DNA of 64,000 nt from positions 1 to 64,000 of IMG/VR virus record IMGVR_UViG_2974594660_000001. The stretch is one strand, 5' to 3'. Each line of letters opens with the position of its first letter. Positions within the stretch are counted from its first letter, which is position 1. Below the pieces are notes generated by a model, which saw only the letters and a list, made by a program, of their open reading frames with translations, did not search any database and was not told the DNA's origin. Position numbers and translations under genes: made by a program. Source of the stretch: a virus. Lineage: Duplodnaviria; Heunggongvirae; Uroviricota; Caudoviricetes. This document shows, piece by piece, positions 57,610 through 64,000 of this stretch.

Positions 57610-60018
57610 ATGTCAATGATTTATAAAGAAGGTACAGCCTCTTTAACAAAAGGGTCACCTGTACTAAAAGGTAAGGATACTTATTTCCTTAATCCTATAT
57701 TTAATGTTGGTGTCGGTCAAATTGTTCAAGTTAAAACAGGTGATAATGTATATGTAAACTCTATTAAGGAAGTTGTAGATAATGAAACATTAATACTTTC
57801 TTTTGACTCTATCTCAGATGTTAAAGATGGTGAAATTGTTATTATGATCACAATGGTTGATTCTATCTCTGATACTGCTAATAAGTTATTGGGTATGACT
57901 AGGGGTTTAGTTCAGTTTGAAACAGAGATGACCAAATGGTTCACATCAATGGATAAGAAAATAATTATAACACTTCCTGATGGAACCAAAAAAGAAGTTT
58001 ATACTTTACAAGCTATCATGGAACAAGTAGCTCAGAATGAGAAAGAAATGCAAGAATTACTACAAAATTCTGAGAAGAAAGTAAATGACATGGTTGACAA
58101 AGCCCAAACAGATGTGAATAATGTTGTTACTGATGGTACTAATAAGATTAACCAAGCAGTTGACAAAGCTGATAAAGAAATCAATGAAGCAATCACATCT
58201 GGTACTGGTAAGATCGACACAATGCTTACTGAGAGTCAGAAAAAGATTGACAAAACAATCGAAGATACTGAAGTAAAGGTTGACACAGAACTCGGTAAGA
58301 TTGATGAGAAGATTGGTAACCGTATAGATGGTAAGGTTGATAAAACCGGTGACACTATGACTGGAAGTTTAATTACTAGTGGATATTTTAAAAGCACTGG
58401 TGGTGAGGTTAATGTAACTGGGGATGGAGCAACTGCAAGTTTGATGGTTCAGGACAAAATACCTCAGATAGTTAGCCGAATTGGTGACGGTAAATGGATA
58501 AGAAACCAATTACCTACAGATACTGGTAAATTAATGGTTCCTGGTGATTTTGGTTTAGGGGCATCACCTACATCTGCTGGTATAGCCCCTCCTTACCCAT
58601 TAAATGCTAATGAAGCAACTTTCAATGGTTTTTATTCAGGTGGAGGTACTAATGCTACAAATTATTATGACAAATACTCACCTTTATGGACTGGTGTAAG
58701 ACAAGGTGGGGATGGTAGTGGTACAGTTATCCAATATCAGTTTGGTGCAGATGCTAAATCTTTAGCTGCTAGGGTAAGGGATAGAAATACTTGGAGTCCT
58801 TGGTATAACTATATGGTTTTAAATGCTGGAGGTTTACAAAAACTTGATGGCAGTCTTGTTGCACAAAACCATAGAATAGGTGCAAACCCAATTTCAGCTA
58901 CAAAAGATGGGGTTGATTATCTAAACATGTATCCTCCAAAAGCAGGTGGTGGTAAGGATTTAGGTTTTTTCCAATATAGTTATTCCGGACAGTTTGATGG
59001 TCAGTTATATATACCAAGACCTGCGTCTGGAAGTAGAGATCACCTGATATCTAGTGGTATTAACCCATTAGCAAATAGATTAATGACATTTAAACCCACT
59101 CTTGATGGACAGGCAGCTTATATAGAAGTACAGAAGTATGACGGCTCTCAGAGGTGGAGAGTTGGGTCTATGGGGAATAATACTAACATAGCATTAACCA
59201 CTGGTGGTGGTGGTTCTCTTGTATTAGATTCTGATGGATGTATAGTTAATGGTGGGGAAGTTTTAACAAATATTACACCAAATACTGTTAGAAAGCAAAA
59301 TATTAATAGAAATGGTTTTTATCAGTCTCAAGATATTGAACCTTACAATGTGATGTTTATGGGTATGGCATCTACCCATGTATCAAATGATGATTATGTG
59401 TTTTCTATATGGGGTAGGGGGAATAGGTTCCTGTTCAGTACTAAAGATGCTGGTAACTGGTTTGGTACTTGGGAAGTGTGGACTACTGCAAATGCAAAAC
59501 CAGATACAAATGGTTTCCTGAAAAAAGCCTCTCCTATATTAGACATTTTCAGTGATGGATCTTTTTCCACTAATGAAGAGTCATATGGGGCTAAAGTTGA
59601 AAGAATTTCTACGGGTGTTTACAAGATATCTGAAGTACTTGGTTTAAACTCAGATAAATCATGGGGTGGGAGTAGTGGTGGTTTTGAAATCCCTATAGAT
59701 AATAATAAACTTCCAATGATCTGGATTGATTATGAAGTTGAACATGATGGATCTATAATATTAAAAACTTACCACAGAGAGCATAAGGATGTTCCTCCTT
59801 TCGCTCGTAACCTAAAACGTGGCTATAAAGATGGAGATCCTTGTGATATACCAAATGGAAGGTTTGTTTCAATTAGGGTTAATATGCCGGAATCATCTGT
59901 TTTTAATAAACTAGAAAAAGAGTCATCAGATTTAATAAAAGAAATGGAATCTAATCCTTTCTATAAAGAGGAAAGGGCTTTTCCAAATATAATCTTTAAT
60001 AAGAAAGGAGATTTGTAA
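57610..60018 (+). CDS. tail fiber or tailspike protein
   Basis: 802 aa with an N-terminal coiled-coil (Lys/Asp-rich heptads) and a Gly/Ser-rich beta-rich C-terminal domain. Confidence 0.45.
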   Translation: MSMIYKEGTASLTKGSPVLKGKDTYFLNPIFNVGVGQIVQVKTGDNVYVNSIKEVVDNETLILSFDSISDVKDGEIVIMITMVDSISDTANKLLGMTRGLVQFETEMTKWFTSMDKKIIITLPDGTKKEVYTLQAIMEQVAQNEKEMQELLQNSEKKVNDMVDKAQTDVNNVVTDGTNKINQAVDKADKEINEAITSGTGKIDTMLTESQKKIDKTIEDTEVKVDTELGKIDEKIGNRIDGKVDKTGDTMTGSLITSGYFKSTGGEVNVTGDGATASLMVQDKIPQIVSRIGDGKWIRNQLPTDTGKLMVPGDFGLGASPTSAGIAPPYPLNANEATFNGFYSGGGTNATNYYDKYSPLWTGVRQGGDGSGTVIQYQFGADAKSLAARVRDRNTWSPWYNYMVLNAGGLQKLDGSLVAQNHRIGANPISATKDGVDYLNMYPPKAGGGKDLGFFQYSYSGQFDGQLYIPRPASGSRDHLISSGINPLANRLMTFKPTLDGQAAYIEVQKYDGSQRWRVGSMGNNTNIALTTGGGGSLVLDSDGCIVNGGEVLTNITPNTVRKQNINRNGFYQSQDIEPYNVMFMGMASTHVSNDDYVFSIWGRGNRFLFSTKDAGNWFGTWEVWTTANAKPDTNGFLKKASPILDIFSDGSFSTNEESYGAKVERISTGVYKISEVLGLNSDKSWGGSSGGFEIPIDNNKLPMIWIDYEVEHDGSIILKTYHREHKDVPPFARNLKRGYKDGDPCDIPNGRFVSIRVNMPESSVFNKLEKESSDLIKEMESNPFYKEERAFPNIIFNKKGDL

Positions 60019-61247
60019 TGGGTAAGAATAAGAATGAAAGCAAAACTAATTCTACAACTGAATCTAGTCCTTGGGCTCCAGCCCAGGGGCAACTAAAAGA
60101 TATTTTAAAACTCGCTCAAGAGCAGTTTGAGAAGACTGGTGGGTTAGATGGGAATTGGTTTGATAGAGAGTTACCTGATTTGTCACAAGATATGCGAGAT
60201 GCATTGTCTAGCATGGCAGAGTCTGGTAAACTTGGTGATGTTGCTGGTAAACTGGATCAAATGACAGATTCTGGTATGAGAGACACAGATCAGGCATCCA
60301 AGAATTTAGGTCAACTAGCGCAAGGTGGTATCTCTGGTGAAGATATTACTGGACTTGCTTCACAGTTATATGATAATAAACTAGTTGATTCTCAGAAAGA
60401 TCAACTAGCTAAGGATATCAATAAGCAATATGAAGGACAAGTCCACGGATTAAACCAACAAGCTGGTGCTACTGGTAATATGGGATCTTCTAGGGCTGGT
60501 GTTACCCAAGGTGTTATGGCTGGTAAAGCAAATGAAGCAATGGCTAGAGGTGGTGCAGAGATTGAGAATGCAGCTCGTCAGAACGCATATAATCAATCCC
60601 TAGCCACTTTACAGGGTAATCAGGGTACTAACCTTTCTGCTTCACAAGGGCTTGGACAATTAGGTATGGGTCAATCTGGTCTTGGTGCAACCAGTGGTAA
60701 TCTATATCAACAAATGCTTGGTAATAAATTAAATGCAGCTGGTATTGATCAAAGTAGACAAGATCAACAAGCCGCTAATAATTGGTTTAACCAAATGGGT
60801 AATGCCAATGCTGGCTGGGATAATTTATCTAAATATTTAGGTATGACAGGTGCTATTGGTGGGATGGGTGGTACATCTCATACTCAAGGTACTGTTTCAC
60901 AAGGTGGTGGCGGTGGTATGATGGGTGGTTTAAATACTGCTCTAGGTATGGGTGCCACTATTGCTGGTATGGGTGGACAAGGTGGTTTTGGTTGGTGGTC
61001 TGATGCTTCTATGAAGAAAAAAGTCAAGAAGAAAGGTAAAACCAAAGGTGGTGTATCTAAGTACGATTGGGAGTGGAATGAGAAAGGTAAAGAGAGGGGT
61101 ATGAAAGGTAAAGCCTCTGGTGTACTAGCTCAACAAGTTGAAAAAGAGAAACCTGGAAGTTCTAAGACTGATTCTAAATCCGGAGCACTGATGGTTGATT
61201 ATGATAAAGCTGGTGTAAAACCAACTAACAGCAAGAAAAAGAAATAA
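60018..61247 (+). CDS. Gly/Gln/Met/Asn-rich low-complexity virion protein (internal or ejection protein candidate)
   Basis: GMGGTSHTQGTVSQGGGGGMMGGLNTALGMGATIAGMGGQGGFGWW and a Lys-rich tail. Confidence 0.35.
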   Translation: MGKNKNESKTNSTTESSPWAPAQGQLKDILKLAQEQFEKTGGLDGNWFDRELPDLSQDMRDALSSMAESGKLGDVAGKLDQMTDSGMRDTDQASKNLGQLAQGGISGEDITGLASQLYDNKLVDSQKDQLAKDINKQYEGQVHGLNQQAGATGNMGSSRAGVTQGVMAGKANEAMARGGAEIENAARQNAYNQSLATLQGNQGTNLSASQGLGQLGMGQSGLGATSGNLYQQMLGNKLNAAGIDQSRQDQQAANNWFNQMGNANAGWDNLSKYLGMTGAIGGMGGTSHTQGTVSQGGGGGMMGGLNTALGMGATIAGMGGQGGFGWWSDASMKKKVKKKGKTKGGVSKYDWEWNEKGKERGMKGKASGVLAQQVEKEKPGSSKTDSKSGALMVDYDKAGVKPTNSKKKK

Positions 61248-61256
61248 GGAGACACT

Positions 61257-61733
61257 ATGGCTGGTAATAGAGACACAACAAACTCAGGTTCAAGTTCTAT
61301 TACTGGAGCAGGTATTAGTACAGCGATTGCCCCCTCTTCTGTGGGGGTTAATCCTACATCTCGTGGTGAACTAATATTAAATGGTGCTCTTGGTAATGCA
61401 GCTATGGGTGGTATGAGTGGCCCAAATATGATTGGATCAACCGGTGCTGGATATAATGCCCCAAGTTTTGGAGGATCTGGTGGAGGTGGTATGCCATCTC
61501 AAAGAGATAGGATTCATGCATATATGGGCGGATCTTTATTTGATGAAAATGAAGATGAAGAAGAACTGATGAAAAAATTCAAACAAATGATGGAGATGAT
61601 GCAAGGTAAACTAGGTTCTATGCAACCTCAAGCCACTATTCAACTTCCAAATCAACAAAACATGTTTGGTTCTGTACAAAGTCCAAATCTTTTCAACCAA
61701 TCTGGTGTTTTAAATATGAATAAAACTTTATAA
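61257..61733 (+). CDS. Gly/Met-rich low-complexity protein
   Basis: 158 aa. Confidence 0.3.
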   Translation: MAGNRDTTNSGSSSITGAGISTAIAPSSVGVNPTSRGELILNGALGNAAMGGMSGPNMIGSTGAGYNAPSFGGSGGGGMPSQRDRIHAYMGGSLFDENEDEEELMKKFKQMMEMMQGKLGSMQPQATIQLPNQQNMFGSVQSPNLFNQSGVLNMNKTL

Positions 61734-61742
61734 GGGGTTACA

Positions 61743-62606
61743 ATGGCTAATTTTTTAGGAAGTCTATGGGATTCTGCTATGGTTCCCGTTAACAGTGCTG
61801 TAGATGCTACAAAGGATTTGTTTAAAGGGGACACCAAAGGTGCTTTAGGAAATATTAAACACCTTCCTGGTGATTCAGAAAGAGCTAATAGTAAGTTATT
61901 AAATAGTATGGGTGTTAGAGGTTGGGTTGGTGATCATCCTAATGAAACAGCGGCGGCTGTTATAGCAGCTACTTTAGGTGGGCCTGCTTTATTGGGTGGT
62001 TCGGCAGGGGCTGGAGGTACTGGTGCTTCTACAGTTGGTGGTACAGGAATGAGTGCCTACTTGGGGCCTAGTGTTGGCTCAGGAGCTCCTACAACAGCTT
62101 TTCCAGGTCTTTTGAATGCTGGTACAGCTTCTAGTACCCAAGCCGCCTCAATGGCTCCTGCGGCTTCTTTTGCCTCACCACAAGCAGCTTATGCAGCTGG
62201 TCAAAGTCAAGGTTTGGGTGCTACTAACGCTATTTTAAACGCTGGTAATGCTGGGGTTGGTAATCCTCTGAGTACTGGTGGGGCTTCCAAATTCACACCT
62301 GCTATGTTACAAAGATCTGGTGCAGAGGCAGCAGCTAATGCTGGGCCTGGTATGCAATCTGTTTCACCTGAAGGTTTTGGTAATCTTCCAAAAGAAGCTG
62401 AAGAGTCTGGTAAACCTTTTAATTATGAATTACTAATGAAAACACTACAATCTGTTGTACCGAATGAGCAGAAAGCACCCGCTGGTATGCCTGTTTCTGG
62501 TGGTGGGGTTAGAACTGGTTTTAACTTTGACCGTAAGATTTACGAAAATCCACTACTAACTAGAGCATATGGGGAGCTTTATATGAACCCTACTAGTTAT
62601 AAATAA
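61743..62606 (+). CDS. Gly/Ala/Ser-rich low-complexity protein
   Basis: 287 aa. Confidence 0.3.
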   Translation: MANFLGSLWDSAMVPVNSAVDATKDLFKGDTKGALGNIKHLPGDSERANSKLLNSMGVRGWVGDHPNETAAAVIAATLGGPALLGGSAGAGGTGASTVGGTGMSAYLGPSVGSGAPTTAFPGLLNAGTASSTQAASMAPAASFASPQAAYAAGQSQGLGATNAILNAGNAGVGNPLSTGGASKFTPAMLQRSGAEAAANAGPGMQSVSPEGFGNLPKEAEESGKPFNYELLMKTLQSVVPNEQKAPAGMPVSGGGVRTGFNFDRKIYENPLLTRAYGELYMNPTSYK

Positions 62607-62619
62607 CAAGGAGAATTAG

Positions 62620-63135
62620 ATGGCCACTAATACTTACTTGGAACGAATGAAAGAATTAGAAATGGAGAACAATCCAAATAGGGGAATCCAAGAATCCCCT
62701 TCTTTACCTCTTCATCGTCCTCAAGAAAATAAAGGAAACATACTGGCAAAAGGCCTTAATGAAGGTCAGCCAGAAGAAGATAATTCTTACCAAGATTCAT
62801 TCTTTTATCAGAATGTAAAAAACTTCCAAGATAATGATGAACATTTTGGTGGAATGTTTAATGAATTAGTTGATTTAGCTTCTGCACTAAGAGCACAGGT
62901 TGAACAAGGTTTTATGCCTCAACCAATCGCTGAACAAAGAATTAAGTCTTTTATAGAAGATAGCAATCAACAGTATATGAGAGAGTTGCCTAAGATTAAA
63001 AAACAAAAAGAACAACAAGAAACTGAACAACAGATGTTAGCACTTCTGGGAGCTTTAGGTCAAGAAGAACAAGCACCACAAGAAGGTCTTGATGTTCCAG
63101 AAGAAATGATGGGAGGTCAAGATGGCAGTTACTAA
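62620..63135 (+). CDS. hypothetical Gln/Glu-rich protein
   Basis: 171 aa. Confidence 0.3.
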   Translation: MATNTYLERMKELEMENNPNRGIQESPSLPLHRPQENKGNILAKGLNEGQPEEDNSYQDSFFYQNVKNFQDNDEHFGGMFNELVDLASALRAQVEQGFMPQPIAEQRIKSFIEDSNQQYMRELPKIKKQKEQQETEQQMLALLGALGQEEQAPQEGLDVPEEMMGGQDGSY

Positions 63136-64000
63136 GTTCCAACAAGATTACTGGGGTAATCAGTTTGATAATATACCAGCTCCTGCTGACAGTGATATTC
63201 CATATGGAACCGGTGTGGGTTTTAAATCTACCCCAGAATTTAAGCAGGGTATTGACAGAGATACTTACATAAGATTAATGGCTGAGAAAAATCCTAATGT
63301 TGATGCCAAGACACCACAAGCTAGGCAAATAGAAGGGGCTCTAATGAATAGGGGTGGTTCTTCTTCTGGTGATGATAGCTTCTTATCCTATGCTACAGCA
63401 CCTTTCTTAGCACCGATTAAGGGAGCAATTGGAATGGCTGCAGATGCTTACGTAGATAGCGAAGTTGAAGATCAATATTTTAGAGAGACAGGTGAGTATT
63501 TACCAGCTCAACAAATATATCAAATGATGGATAACAAAAACCCATCTATGGATACTAATCAGGCTTTAGGTCTCGAACGAACTGAAGAACAACTCAGAGA
63601 GGGTGCAGAACCAATTGGTGATCCATCAGTTTCCCCTTCTGGTACACTGGCTACCATGAATAAGAATATTATTTCTGGTGTTGGTACAAGTACTGGCTCT
63701 GTTAGTCAGCCAACTCTTCCTAAGCCACCTGATCCTAAACAAGTAGAGAAGAAAGCTTTTTCAGAATATGGTAAAGCAGTTTCTTTTGATCAGAATAAAA
63801 TACCTGAGTGGTATAACTCTCACTCTTTCAGTGCTGGATTAGTTTCTTTTGGTTTAAATCTACTAAGCGGTAATGATTTAGCAACTTCATTTAATGCTGC
63901 ATCTAACCTCTTTATGAACACTTATGGTGAAGAGAAAAGGGGTATCTGGGCTCAAGATTTAGCAGCTCAAGGTTTCGATGCCACTGAGATTGAGCAATGG
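63122..64000 (+). CDS. hypothetical virion protein, partial; runs off the right edge of the window
   Basis: ATG at 63122 (MAVTKFQQDYWGNQF...). The frame appears open to the window end. Confidence 0.3.
   Translation, partial: MAVTKFQQDYWGNQFDNIPAPADSDIPYGTGVGFKSTPEFKQGIDRDTYIRLMAEKNPNVDAKTPQARQIEGALMNRGGSSSGDDSFLSYATAPFLAPIKGAIGMAADAYVDSEVEDQYFRETGEYLPAQQIYQMMDNKNPSMDTNQALGLERTEEQLREGAEPIGDPSVSPSGTLATMNKNIISGVGTSTGSVSQPTLPKPPDPKQVEKKAFSEYGKAVSFDQNKIPEWYNSHSFSAGLVSFGLNLLSGNDLATSFNAASNLFMNTYGEEKRGIWAQDLAAQGFDATEIEQW

Noticed and set aside
1-64000. CRISPR arrays, integrase, excisionase or repressor genes
   Set aside because: I saw no regularly spaced repeat-spacer array and no recombinase-like ORFs. 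The genome appears strictly lytic in this window.

Overview
This 64 kb window looks like a virulent tailed dsDNA phage of a Gram-negative (probably gammaproteobacterial) host. GC content is about 37%. I saw no integrase or lysogeny genes. Two divergent arms leave a 2.6 kb ORF-free control region at about 40.0-42.6 kb. The left arm (1-41 kb, all minus strand) holds replication and nucleotide-metabolism genes and a large accessory cargo: a T7 gp4-like primase-helicase interrupted by a putative HNH-encoding group I intron; E. coli-like class Ia ribonucleotide reductase nrdA/nrdB; an amidoligase-type biosynthetic cluster (ATP-grasp, class-II glutamine amidotransferase with zinc ribbons, two GCS2-like carboxylate-amine ligases, gamma-glutamyl cyclotransferase-like protein); an RtcB RNA ligase next to three tRNA genes; an NAD-salvage and Ter-like stress module (NAMPT, PRPP synthetase, MazG-like, two TerD, TerC); an SPFH protein, a SleB-like cell-wall hydrolase, an outer-membrane beta-barrel protein, lipoproteins and several tandem paralog families. 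The right arm (42.6-64 kb, all plus strand) is the morphogenesis module in a T7-like order. It runs putative small terminase, a tRNA, large terminase, portal, acidic scaffold and major capsid protein, then tail, collar and fiber proteins and Gly/Met/Gln-rich proteins that may be internal virion proteins. The capsid gene ends in a G_GGA_AAG slippery heptamer that would add two Ig-like domains by -1 programmed frameshifting. The features I would look at first are the intron-split helicase P-loop, the capsid frameshift, the amidoligase and Ter-linked metabolite module, and the iteron-like repeat array in the control region. Product calls come from motif recognition and from similarities recalled from memory, not database searches.
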